From Gracilinanus agilis (Eukaryota), in NCBI RefSeq assembly GCF_016433145.1, contig NC_058132.1, positions 87,738,799-87,802,798 on the forward strand: a stretch of DNA of 64,000 bases, in the 5' to 3' direction. The notes beneath the pieces were generated by a model. It worked only from the letters and a program-made list of their open reading frames with translations. It searched no databases and was not told where the DNA came from. The position numbers and the translations under genes are program-made. Positions 12,661 to 25,010 of the stretch are shown in pieces; the first letter of the stretch is position 1; the number at the start of each line of letters is the position of its first letter.

Positions 12661-13164
12661 ATTTGTCTCAATATTCTAGCATAGCCAGAGTTGGATAAGT
12701 AAGTGTACAACCCATGTGTAACAGTCTTTGTCTGGGAATGCCCAGATTGCCCAACATGAAGGTATCCATATTGGATGATCTAAGTATGCTGAAGCTAACC
12801 CCATTACCCATGAAGTATTGAAACTACATACTGGCCACTTCAAGGAAAATAATCTTTCTTTTTTCTTTCCTTCCCTCCTTTCTTCTTTTCTTCCTTCAAG
12901 AAATAGTTATAAACATTAGTTATAGAAAATATGCTAGTTCTGGGGATATAAGACAAACACAAAACAATCCTTCCCCTTGAGGATCACACTTTCTAATGGG
13001 AGAATCATATTCATGTAATGGCATATATAAAATATATTCATAATAATTCTATAGTGAATTATATAGGAATGGACACTTGCAGCTTTGGGCAAGGGAGGAC
13101 AAGGAAAGTCTCAGATAGGAGGTGGCATTTAAGTTAAACTTCCAAGGAAACTAACAATTATAAT

Positions 13165-13386
13165 AGGCAGCTAAGTGGTACAGTGGAGAGAGTACCTGGC
13201 CTGAAGTCAGGAAGACCTATCTTCAAATCCAGGCTTACTAGCCACAAGTTAACTAACCCTGTTTGCCTCAGTTTCCTCATCTGTAAAATGAGTTGGAAAT
13301 GGAAATGGCAAATTGCTCCAGTATCTTTGCCAAGAAAACCCCAAATGGAGTCACCAAGGGTCAGATAATGACTAAAAAACAACAAG
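13165..13386 (+). mobile_element. MAR1-type CORE-SINE
   Basis: aggcagctaagtggtacagtgg...ttgcctcagtttcctcatctgtaaaatgag...ctccagtatctttgccaagaaaacccc...aacaacaa. Confidence 0.85.
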
Positions 13387-15079
13387 AGATAAAGAAAAAG
13401 TGCAATCCAGGCATGAGGAGTAGCCTATGCATTCCCTGAATTGGGAGATCTAATTCCATGTTGAGGAATGAGAAAGAAAAAATTGGTTGGACCATGGCAT
13501 ACATGATGAGGAATAATAGATAAGTTGAAGCCAAATTGTGAAGGACTTTAAACTCCAAATAAAGGAGTTTGTGTTTGATCCTGGAAGTTCAAGGTACCAG
13601 TGGAGCTACTTGAGCAGCATAGTGACATGATCTCTTTGCCTCTTTCCTTCTTCAGACATAACCTGAGCAAATATGAATTTCTGTGCCAAAGGGGAAAGTG
13701 ACTACAAAGTTATCAATCATTGTCTTACAGAGTTTATAGCATTGTTGGGTAAACTTAACTGATTTTATGATATTTACTCTTACAATCCATTCAGTGCCAA
13801 ATTAAAGATATTAAGCAATATTTCTTCTGCTCTTTATACAGTTCTTCACTAAAAAAAGTGAGGAGGAATATCTGTGCCACACTGATTGATTGCTGTCTTC
13901 CTCTACTTTATTCCTTCTAATGGTTTCTCCTCCTCTCCCAACCAAATGGTGCTACTACTGTCTCTGTCTCTGGTGATACTGAGTCTGTCAAGAGCCCACA
14001 CATTCAATTTTACACCCACACAAGTAGTCAGGATTCTAAACAAGGGAGCCTAGGGAGAATGGCTAAGCTTCTGAGAGATAATCCCTCATTACTGATCACA
14101 CCTGAGCTAAATAGATCTTTAGCCCCATAGCAGGGACCCTCTAGTACAGGCTTCCTCTACATTCTCCCTCTGGGACTTGAAGGAGTAGCTGATAAATTCT
14201 CCCTCATAACCTATCCTTCCCAACCCGTGTATTGCTAAATCCAGAAATTTTTGGTGTCTCTAGTAGTCAACACAGAAAGAGAGGATTAAGAAGTCTTCAA
14301 GGAGGAAGGAGAGAATCCACCCCACTACCACTAGACAGTACATCAGGTCTACAGGTGAGATTTTGAGCCCACCTTCAGATAATAGAATTTTGGTGAATTG
14401 TAAGGGATATATGGGATAATCTAGTGCAGGAATCTGCAAATTACAGCCAACAGGACAAATATAGTAGATTACCTTTAGTATAGTGACTAAAGCACTGGGT
14501 CTGGAGTCAGGAAGACCTAGGTTCAGATTTGACCTCATCCTTACTATCTGTGTGACCCTGGGCAAATCACTTAATTTGATTGCTTCAGTTCACTTTCTTA
14601 TATGTAGCAAGTGACTGAGAGGGAAACAAATAATATAAAGTTTCATACAGGCACTTGCGTCAAAGTGCTGTTCGCAATATGTTTGTTATTATCTTCTTCT
14701 ATGGAATCCTTTTTGCCAGGGGAAAGCCAGAGATAGACTTCTTTAGGGAAGATGGGGCATCCATAGACAGTTCTCTGAAAGGTTTGGAATTGGGGAAAGG
14801 GAGAGATGTGTCTAATTGTTTTTCCTCCATGGGAATACACAAAGGAAAGTGTTGTATTACTTTTAAATTGAATTAGAGACAAATTTCGCCAAGTTCTTAA
14901 TGGCTCATCTCTGACCACATACTTCCTTCATTTGCTTTTCCAGTTGTGTGAGACCAAGGAATTCCATCTGGCCTAATGGAAAGTATACTCACTTTGGAGT
15001 CATAAGACCTGGGCTCAAATGCTCGTCTTGGGGACAAAAAAATGAAAATAATGGGACCCAGGATTCAATCACATAAACA

Positions 15080-16180
15080 TTTAAGCTCTTGCTATGTGAA
15101 AAGCAGTGTGATCAGCACTAGAGATTCACAGACAAAATGAAATGGATTCCAAATAACTAACCTTCTTTTAGAAGTTGGGGAACAATATGCTCAATAAATA
15201 GTTGTTATAAGACAATGTGAGGAAGGAGAGGATATTAACAAGGAGCAGGAAAATGGTAGGGGTGGACTCCATGGAGGACGTGAAACCTAAACTCTTGTGG
15301 AAAGAGAAAAATTCTGGGAGGAAGAAATAAGGGTGATGAATATTCCAGGCACTAGAAATGCCTTATTCAATTGCCTTGAGGCAGGAGATGGAATCTCAAG
15401 TTCAGGCAAAGCAGGTAATTTGGTTGGAACGTAGTTTATGAACCAGAATAAGCAATCATTTACCTGGAAGGGGAGGTTAAAGCTAGATTTGGAGGGCCCC
15501 AGAGTCATCTTGTATTCTTGAAGTGCCAAATGGTTACAAGCACTAAAAGTCAGAGCTGTGCCTTGGGAAAATCAGTTCAGTAGCTGTTTAGAGACTAAAT
15601 TGGAGAAGGAATACACTGGAGTCAGGCAAGCTATTAAACTAGTATACACAAGATCAAATGAGATGATGTTTGTAAAGCACATTTGTCACAGTTCTTGCCA
15701 TATAGTAGGCACTTAAGTGTTTACTTGTGAAAATTTTGTCAATTCAGAGAAGGGAATGGATTAGAGAAATCTGTCAGCTATAGAGGACAAGATATAGCAA
15801 TTGATTGAATATGGAGTCAAGAATGACTCTTAGGTGTCTGAACCTGAGTATGTGGAAGTATGGCAGTATGCTCAATAGAAAAGGGAAATCTGGAATGAAG
15901 GGATGGTTTAATGGGAAAGATGATAAGCTCCATTTTTATCTTCTTAACTTTGAGACACCTATGGGAGATCCAGGTAGAAATGTTCAGTAGGGAGTAAGTG
16001 ATGAGAGCACAAGGAGAGAGACTAGTGCTGTTAATGTGGATTTGGGGGTCATCTATGTAGAGATGAAAAGTGAATAACTAGTGTTGAGATCTTCAAATGA
16101 TAAATGGTGGGGAGAGAAGAGAAGAGAAGAGGACTCAGGGCAGAGCCTTTGAGACATCCCTCCTTAGGAGTCAGGAGATG
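15080..16180 (-). mobile_element. Degraded L2 LINE, antisense, with a MIR insertion near 15600-15730
   Basis: Purine-rich antisense L2 text (aaacatttaagctcttgctatgtg...; gagtcaagaatgactcttaggtg...gacagagcctttgagacatcc). Confidence 0.55.
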
Positions 16181-17569
16181 AAGCACCCCCTAAGAAAATT
16201 GCAAAGAAAAGGCTAAAGAACTAGACATTCTTTCCCCTCCCTTTTAGAGTTTTCCAGAGTCCCTGTATTCTCTGAGGTCTCAGAATGAAGGGAGTCTGAG
16301 CAAGCCTGGGAGGGGTAATGAAATGGGACCTGGGGCTGGGACCCGATCCCCTGGAATCCTGCCAAGAGAAAACGTGATCTTCAGTATTCTCCCACACCCT
16401 CCTTGGTACACACCGTGCTTGTTCTGTGGTGAGTTGGGCCCCTCTGTTACTGTACATAAGGGCTTGGCCCACCAAGTAGTAGAAGGGTTGGCCCCTTGGA
16501 GGGGGGGTAGGTTGGGGGATCTGGGCCCTTTGATTTAGTCAAGGCCTCTTCCTTGTATCAAGCCTCTCGAGTTTCTGAGTCAACACTGCTTACTGATGGG
16601 ATAGAGAGTGAGTGGGATGGTGAGGCCCTGGCCCTGTATCTAAGAGAGGGGGAAGGTGTGAAGCAAGAATGGCTAGGAGTTATATTCAGGTAAGATAAAG
16701 CAGGAACTAGTATTAAAGATAGATTCAGGAGGCAGTAAATGGCTACATGGGGACCCTCCAAGGGGAATTCACCTGGATCAGATGAATAGTTCATTTGACC
16801 TCACATTTGCCCCTTCTAGTTTAGATGAGAGAACCCAGACTTATCCCATCAGCTCATTTATATCAAGTATTTTTGCAAACTTCAAAATACACATAAATAC
16901 CAACTATTATCATTATAGTTATTATCATTGGGAGGATGTAGGGTTTCAAGCCCTCTTGTCAAATAGGAAGAAATAAAGAATGGATTCCATTCACTTTTTA
17001 CTCTGGGAATGATCTAGGATAACTGAAAAAAAATACTAACAGTGTTTTGGGGAAATACCTTTTTTCTTTGTTACCCTTAAAGAAGAGGCGATCATTTGGA
17101 AAGTGATGGGTTTGGAGAACTAAAATCCTGACAGGTCATTTTGTGTTTGACTGAAAGGAAATCTGGGATAACAGAATCATAGTTTTGAAAGGGACCTCAG
17201 AGATTATTTTAGGATATGTAATGATTAAAAATGATAAAGGCTGATATAAGGAAAAATAATATTTTATTTAGGCCCATGTTGATAGAATAAAATCGGACCA
17301 CAAGCCTGGCTATTTCAAAATCCCGCCTCCGCCATTTTGTTCCATACCTTCCCTACTCCTCTCAGTCCCCAGGGAGCACGCTCAGGTAGCAAAGAGGAAG
17401 TCAAATGCCACTTCCCAATATTTAAAGACATGCTTTACCTTGAAGATGTCATCCAAAACAGGAAACCCGTTGGACCATGGAAAATGCAGTTTCAAATTCC
17501 CCCACATGTCCACAGGAAGTTTGTCAAATACTTTTAAATGGAACCCCCAGAAATTCCAAATAACACAGA

Positions 17570-17980
17570 TTTTAGCATTTTGGAACTAGAGGGGACTCTA
17601 ATCTATCCTTAAATAAGAATCCCCTCAATAATATATTCAAAAAGTAGTCATTAAAACTTTGCCTAAAGGCCTCTAGTAATGCAAAATCTTCCCAAGGCAG
17701 CACATTCCATTTTTCATGACTAATTTTTAGGACATTTTTATCCTTATGTCAAGTCTAAACAGGTTTCTTTCACTGCTTGCTCCTAATTCTGACCTTTAGG
17801 GTCAAGGAGAACTTAGCTGACTTCTTTTCAATATGATAATCCTTCAACCCGTCATATACTTGAAGCATGCCTTCATTCTTCCAAGTTAAATAATCTGCTC
17901 TAAAATTTCACTCTTCCAGGTACATGGACCCAACTTCAATCAATTCTTGTATAGCATGCTTCAAAGCATTTCAGTTATCC
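17570..17980 (-). mobile_element. CR1/L3 LINE fragment, antisense
   Basis: cccaaggcagcacattccattttt...ctcctaattctgacc...ataatccttcaa...cttctccaagttaaataatc...caacttcaatcaattcttg. Confidence 0.6.
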
Positions 17981-17981
17981 T

Positions 17982-18216
17982 NNNNNNNNNNNNNNNNNNN
18001 NNNNNNNNNNNNNNNNNNNNNNNNNNNNNNNNNNNNNNNNNNNNNNNNNNNNNNNNNNNNNNNNNNNNNNNNNNNNNNNNNNNNNNNNNNNNNNNNNNNN
18101 NNNNNNNNNNNNNNNNNNNNNNNNNNNNNNNNNNNNNNNNNNNNNNNNNNNNNNNNNNNNNNNNNNNNNNNNNNNNNNNNNNNNNNNNNNNNNNNNNNNN
18201 NNNNNNNNNNNNNNNN
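17982..18216. other. Assembly gap (N run)
   Basis: N run seen directly. Confidence 0.99.
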
Positions 18217-20224
18217 GAGGAACTAAGTTCAATTCTAGCTAGACATTTACCAGTTATATGACCCTGAGCAGGTCACAAAATGACTGTCTGATCAGTATTC
18301 TCATCTCTAAAATAGGGATAATAATAATAGCTACCTCCCAGGGTTTTTGTGATAGCCAATAAGGTCAAAATGTTTTCCAATTGCTTTATAAACCTTAAAG
18401 TGTTATATAGGTACAGTTATTCCTTTTCGTTGTTTTACCACTACTATGACCATAATCACTACCTCTGCTGCTGCTATATATTAATATTAATCCTCTCCCT
18501 ACTTCTAGTCTTTCCTTCCCTTTCTAGGAATCCTTCCTAGAGCAGCTCCAATAAGTCATCATCTAGTTATTCATCACCATTCCATGAACTTCTGCACAGT
18601 TCTCAATACTAAGATGATTTTCCTCATATCATATCAGACTGGAATCTCTCCATCTATAATTTTTACCCCCTTTTTTTTGAATTCTGACTTTGTTTTTTCC
18701 TGTAAATAAATATTTAAAATGATAAGAACTATAACTGACATTTGCATATGGTCAAGTTTTCAAAATGCTTTACATTTGTAATTGCATAACTACCTTGTGA
18801 AATAGGTACTGCTACAGGTATTGTTATCTCCATTTTACAGGTGAGTAAAAAAAAGGCATGGAGATTAAGTAACTTGCCCGTGGTTACCTAGCTAATGTGT
18901 CAGAGGAGGGATTCAAACCCAGATCTTCCTAAATCCAGCTCCAACTCTCCATCTATTTTACCACAGTGCCTCTCAAAGAGAAGAAGACACCTTGAGCCTC
19001 AGTGGCATATGGACAAGGAAGAGAAGCAGATGTGGGAGTCAGGGCCCTTAGGAAGTGACAATGGCAAAGATTTACTCAAATTGTGAACTGAGGGATCAAA
19101 GTTGGCTCAGGGAACAGGAAAGTCAGGGGTTTTAGAGATGACAGATTCAGGTTATAATGAGAGGAAACCCTGAGACAATCAGGTCAGTAAGTGATCTATT
19201 TTTTAGGGGAATCAGTAACAGATTCCCTGGTTTCTAGAGATGGAGCAACTATTAAATAAAGAATCATTCTCTTCCTATCTCTAGGGCAGACTTTGTCTCC
19301 TCCAGTCCAGATCAATAGTCAACCTCTTATCCCTACCCTCTAGTTCTTCTTAGATCATCCATTCCTGTATTGTAGAGGTTCTTGTCTCTATCTGACCTAA
19401 ATCTTTCCTTCTTCAGCCAGAGACCAGTTGTCCCATTCATCTGCAGAGGAGCTCTAGAACTCTTCAATCAAGCCTACTGTGGCTGAGTAAGAGCAAATTC
19501 TCCCCATAAGAATCAACAGAGGGGGGCTCTCCATGGGCAGAAGAGACATGCAATGAAACAGGGTCATATCATCTATAACAGGAGAAGTACTGAACTCTGG
19601 AGAACAGGTATTATAGAGCAACAGTAGTAGAAGGGCATATTAGGACCCACTCATAGCATAGAATTCTAAGAAAGGACGGGTGGGTCAGTGAGTGGTTCAG
19701 GCATTGAGGAATATGGGAGATGCAGAAGAGAAAAAAAGAAATTGGAAAATTCAGGTAAGATGATAAAAATGGGGGTAATCACATTTTCAGACAGGGAATA
19801 GAGAAGTGGAAGTGGAGAAACAAGTTACAGAAAGAAGGGACTATTTCTGAAGGATTGATCATTATTCATAGTATCCCAAATCACTGGAGAGAAAGAGCAG
19901 AAAGGATGAACCACTTTGCAATAGGAGGAATTGTGCTTAGACTGAACACCAGGAAAGCATCCCTCACAATGCTGGGTGCTGAGGGGACATAAGAACAAAG
20001 CAATGAGAGGGCCTAAGGAACTCTCAGAGCAAGATGGAGCATGCTTCTCCAAACTCCATCCTACCTCTTTTTAACCTGAGCTTGGTGAGGCCTTGGCGAC
20101 AACAAAGAACAGAAGGATAGATAAATTAAATAATCCCTTTCCTCTTCCAAGGTTCTCAAAGAGTTGTTCTTCCCATGAACCCAGATTCAGTCCCTCCAGG
20201 GTCAAGGCCCAGTCAAGGCAGTCA

Positions 20225-21223
20225 ATGGAGCCAGGCCACACACTAATCCTTCTCAATCATACAACTCTGACCCTGGATCCCAGCTCCGGTCCTGGACCTT
20301 TTGTCCTTCTGGGCATTCCAGGACTAGAAGGTGCCCATGCCTGGCTTTCTGTGCCCATCTGTCTCTTGTATCTGGCTGCAGTGATTGGGAATTCCCTGCT
20401 CTTGGTCCTCATGGCGGCAGACCCAGCCTTTCAGGCTCCTATGTACCAGCTGCTAGGCATGCTCGCTGCAGCTGACCTGGTGCTGTCCACAGCTACAGTG
20501 CCCAAAGCCCTGAGTGTGCTTTGGGGCTTCTCCGGAGAGATTTCCTTTGGGGCCTGCCTGGCTCAACTCTTCTTTGCCCACGTGGCCTTCGTGGCAGAGT
20601 CCTCAGTGCTGCTGACCATGGCCCTGGATCGCTATTTGGCTATCTGCTGGCCGCTGCACTACGGAACTCTCCTCACTCCCCGAGTGGTGGGAGCCGCGGG
20701 AGGCGTTGCCTTAGTTCGGGGAATGTGTGTGATGGCGCCGCCTATAGCGTTGCTTCAGAAGTTGCCTTACTGTGGGAGGAGAGCAATACCGCACACGTAC
20801 TGCGAGCATATGGGCGTGGCGCGGCTGTCCTGCGGGGATACCCAAGTTAACATCTGGTACGGTCTGGCCACCACGCTGCTGTCACCGGTCCTAGACGTCG
20901 GGCTCATTGCCGTGTCCTACGCGTTCATCCTCCGCGCCATCTTCCGCCTGCCATCCAGGGGCGCTCGCCGCAAAGCCCTCAGCACTTGTGGGGCCCACGC
21001 CAGCGTCATCCTCCTCTTCTACATACCCGCTCTCTTCTCCTTCCTCACCCACCGCTTTGGGAGACACACGGTCCCGGCACACGTCCACATCCTTCTGGCC
21101 AATCTCTATGTGGTGATCCCACCCGCTCTCAACCCCATCGTCTACGGCGTCAGGACGCGGCGTATTGCCCAGAGAATCCTGCGCTTGCTGGCACCCAGCC
21201 GAGTAGGGGTGGGAAGGGAATAG
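20225..21223 (+). CDS. Class I olfactory receptor, family 52, 332 aa; by position the orthologue of human OR52V1P
   Basis: NHT sequon, FVLLGIPGLE, PMYQLL, MALDRYLAICWPLHY, HTYCEH, KALSTCGAH, PPALNPIVYGVRT; uninterrupted frame. Acceptor tccctccag ends at 20199, so ATG 20225 is the start. Subfamily is assigned by synteny only. Confidence 0.92.
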   Translation: MEPGHTLILLNHTTLTLDPSSGPGPFVLLGIPGLEGAHAWLSVPICLLYLAAVIGNSLLLVLMAADPAFQAPMYQLLGMLAAADLVLSTATVPKALSVLWGFSGEISFGACLAQLFFAHVAFVAESSVLLTMALDRYLAICWPLHYGTLLTPRVVGAAGGVALVRGMCVMAPPIALLQKLPYCGRRAIPHTYCEHMGVARLSCGDTQVNIWYGLATTLLSPVLDVGLIAVSYAFILRAIFRLPSRGARRKALSTCGAHASVILLFYIPALFSFLTHRFGRHTVPAHVHILLANLYVVIPPALNPIVYGVRTRRIAQRILRLLAPSRVGVGRE

Positions 21224-21340
21224 AGTTCAAATGGAGGTTCTCCAACAAGATAAGCAAAGAAACCTAAGCCAGAGAGCCCAACTGGATGCATATTTTGTCC
21301 TTCTGTGAACACTCTTTGAATATATGATTTTACCCCCCAG

Positions 21341-21477
21341 NNNNNNNNNNNNNNNNNNNNNNNNNNNNNNNNNNNNNNNNNNNNNNNNNNNNNNNNNNNN
21401 NNNNNNNNNNNNNNNNNNNNNNNNNNNNNNNNNNNNNNNNNNNNNNNNNNNNNNNNNNNNNNNNNNNNNNNNNNNNN
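21341..21477. other. Assembly gap (N run)
   Basis: N run seen directly, 118 bp after the OR stop codon. Confidence 0.99.
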
Positions 21478-22251
21478 TTCTTCCTATTTGCCCAATAGGA
21501 AATGTTCTCCACTTTCTGGATGCTAAGCCATGATCTAAATATCTCACTACCTAGGTATGCCTAGACTTTGAATTTTTCTTCACTTGCCTAAGTGTCCTCT
21601 TCTTACCTGCTTGTGGCCCCCCAAAATGCTTTGGAGGCCTGGGAGAATGGTTCCTGTCTATCTTTGCTGAACAGGAGGACGGAAGGTCAGGATGTCAAAC
21701 CAGGTACACCAAGAGGTCAGAATCTGTTTCTGTGTCAGATTAGGAACCCTGAAGGGGGAATCTGGGTGGGTGCCTGTGTTAAATCTGGGGCCCAGAGGCA
21801 GGCTCTATGTATCTGTATCATTCGTAGCCTTGAGAGTAGTATCCATGTATGTAAGGTGGGGGAAATGAGGACAGTATCCCAATAATCGCATTTTAAGCCT
21901 CTAAAGAAGGACTTGGGTCTTGTTTCAGTTCAGCAAATTAAGTTAAATCCAACTACCATTTATGAAGTGCCTCCTATATGAAAGGTATTCTGGCAGAGTG
22001 GGCAGAGAGTTGGCCTCAGAGTCAAATCAACTTGGCTTTAAGCTATTCTACTGACTTGCTGACTTTTTAACACTAGGAAAGTCTCTTTGCTTCTCAGTGG
22101 CCTCAATAATTCTCTGAGGCTAAATTATAGAGTGAATGCCATACTGCATTAGGAGAGGGAATTTTCTGACTGGGAGCTCCCTTAACAGATGCAGTCCTAA
22201 GCCTAGGACAACTAGGGAATCTCCAAATTAAGAAAAAAAAATTGTCTAAGG

Positions 22252-22276
22252 GATATATATATATATATATATATAT
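22252..22276. repeat. (AT)n microsatellite
   Basis: Seen directly. Confidence 0.95.
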
Positions 22277-23345
22277 TTTAATGATGGTCTTTGCCTGATT
22301 TCAAAGAGCTGATAAGAATAATACATAGTAGAGTGTGCTAGGTACAAAGAAGAGAGTCAGGCAAAGGGACTCTGGGACAATTTGAGCAGGAAGAAAGCCC
22401 TGACAGCTAGGAACATCAGGCTTACCAGTGGAAGAGGCTAGAAGTTAAATTGGAGGATGATACATTTAGAACTAACAGGGACCTGGGATGTCTATCCTCC
22501 TTGTGTTTTACGGATGACTAAACTAAGATTCTGTAGGCCATAAGGGAACATGTAGAAGGAATGTACATGAAAATGGCTTGCATGAATGCAAATAAGAAAA
22601 AGAAATATGTCAAATTGGGAAGATTGATTATTTGTGGAACATGAAGTATGTGAAAGTAAATAATATTCATGAAATGAGGCTAGAAAGGTAGGCAGCAACC
22701 AGATTGTGAAGGCCCTTAAATAAAAGACCCTTTAGGGGTTGGTAATTTATCTTAGCAATACTAGAAAATAATTGAAGTTTTATGAGCATGATAGTGACAA
22801 GGAAAGGGTCTGGGCCTTAGGAAGATTATCTCAGCAGCTGTATAGAGGAAGGATTGGAGAAGGGGGGAGTCTGAGAGGGAGATAAAGACTCTGGAGGCAA
22901 GGGAGACTATTTGAAAGGCTATTTATAACTTTCTAGGCAAGAGATAAGGAAGGCCTGAACTAGGGTGGTGATTATGTGAGTTGGATCAAAGGGAGGGGTG
23001 AGAGGTAGTATGAAGGTAGAATGAATAAGAATTGGCAATGGGTAGGACACACCTCAACCAGTTGGTAAAACTGGATTTAGACACAAATTGATAGTTAAAA
23101 TAAAGCTTAAGAAGGGAATGTTCAACATGTCAAACAACAAATTGTTTCTGTACCCAAAAGCAAAATGTTCCCTGAGTAGGGTCCAAATAGTGAGCCTTGG
23201 AAGGGCTGAGATAGAGAGGCTGGGAGGAATTATATGGGGTAAGAGGGGATGATGGAGTAGTTTAGACATATTTCTGCTGGGCCTCTCTCCCTCCCATTCC
23301 TTGACCATCCTTGTCCATGTTAATGCTCAAAAGTTGTAGTAATAG

Positions 23346-23532
23346 GGGGCAGCTGGGTAGCTCAGTGGAGTGAGAGTCAGGCCTAGAGATGGGAGGTCCT
23401 AGGTTCAAACCTGGCCTCAGCCACTTCCCAGCTGTGTGACCCTGGGCAAGTCACTTGACCCCCATTGCCCACCCTTACCAATCTTACACCTATGAGACAA
23501 TATACCGAAGTACAAGGGTTTAAAAAAAAAAA
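23346..23532 (+). mobile_element. Young SINE1_Mdo-type SINE with 17-bp TSD
   Basis: Same body as 881-1060; TSD aaaagttgtagtaatag at 23329-23345 and 23533-23549. Confidence 0.93.
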
Positions 23533-24529
23533 AAAAGTTGTAGTAATAGTTAAAGGACTTTGCTGGGCTGAAAGAAACATAAACCTTGACTTTGTGGGCT
23601 GGGACCAATCTCCTGTCATTCTACACTTTCACTTTTCAGAAAAAAAAAAATGATGTAAAAATGGAATGTGTATAATTGGAATTGGTTTTCTCATGAACTT
23701 CCAGGTTCATAAAAAAACCCAATGTATTCTTATCTCTGAAACTCTGATGTTTGGGTTTGTAAGTGCTGTGGCAGATGAAAGATGAAATTCCTGAGGAAAC
23801 AAAGATTTGATCTTTTTGAGCATATCAATTAATTAAGCAATATATGGAACAACAAATTGTTATCAGACTCCTTCCTCAGCTTTAGAACTAGACCTCAAAT
23901 GCAAGAGGAGACAGATTTTTATGCATTAAAAACAATTAGTCAAATCAGACCAATTCATTAAGAGGGAAACAATACAATATTAGATAATCTGATTTCTAAT
24001 TAAATGAAAGATTAAGAATCTTCCAAGTTGGAGTGGGGGGGGGGGGAAGTGAATTGGTGCAATTCCCTGAATTCAGAAAAAGAAGGATCCCACTACTCCC
24101 AGGTATCTGTGAACAATCAAAGGAACATGGAAACAATAACTGATTGATCAGTATGGGGCTAATTTTCAAGTAAGACATTTGGTTTGCTTGAGATATGTAA
24201 TTGTGAGAAAACTTTTTGCATCAATTTATGGTTCTTACTGAGTTTCTGGTCAGCATAACATAGATTCGTTTAGTTAAGGGTTTCTAGAGGGCAGGCAGAA
24301 GTAGTCCAACTTCTCAAACACTCAGGGTTAAGTTCAAAAATATAATAAGATTCTCTCCCAATTCCCACAAATAAATAAAGTTTTCGAACAAGACAGAAAT
24401 TGGACTAGACTCATAACTGAAGAGAAAGGGAACTGAGCTAACTCTGGGACTGAGTCCTAAGATGGAATCAGTGTGATTCACCCAGTTCCCACAATTAACC
24501 ACTTATTCCCTCAATTTCTTCAAACCTTA

Positions 24530-25010
24530 GGCCTCACTTCATTCATTATGTACAAATCTGACCATGTCACTCCACTGCTCAATAAATTCTAGTGGTCCCT
24601 ATTATAGTACTTCTAGGATCAAATACAACTACCTCTGTTAGGTAAATTGAAATCCCCCAGCCAGCCTTTGCAGGCTTTTTTATTATACATCATGATCCTT
24701 CACTCAGTTCACTCAGTACAGACATACTGGCATTCTTGTTATCCACCTCTCCTTGTCCCTCTGCTTGAAATGCCTTTCCCTGGAACTTCCACCTATTAGT
24801 ATTCCTAGTTTCCTTCAAAGCTCTGACTAAAACTGCCTTCTCAAAGAGGTCTTTCCTTATTCCTCCCAGCTGCTAATCCCTCCTTCAGGTAATTACTGTG
24901 CCTTTATCTCCTATGTATTCTGCATGTATTTATATTGTTTCTACCATGGAATGAGTATAAACTCCTTGAAAATAGGTGACTCATTATTTTTGCTGGTGTA
25001 TCTACAAATT
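24530..25010 (+). mobile_element. L2 LINE 3' end
   Basis: tctgaccatgtcactccactgctcaataaattctagtggtccc...ctaggatcaaatac...actccttgaaaatagg...: L2 C-terminal coding and 3' end text. Confidence 0.65.

Noticed and set aside
14650-14876. GTCV and MFVIIFFYGILF resembling OR TM6
   Set aside because: The motifs are in different frames with the wrong spacing, and there is no DRY, PMY or NP motif nearby.
20093-20224. 44-aa N-terminal extension of the second OR
   Set aside because: Non-ATG start, crosses the acceptor at 20199, no OR similarity.
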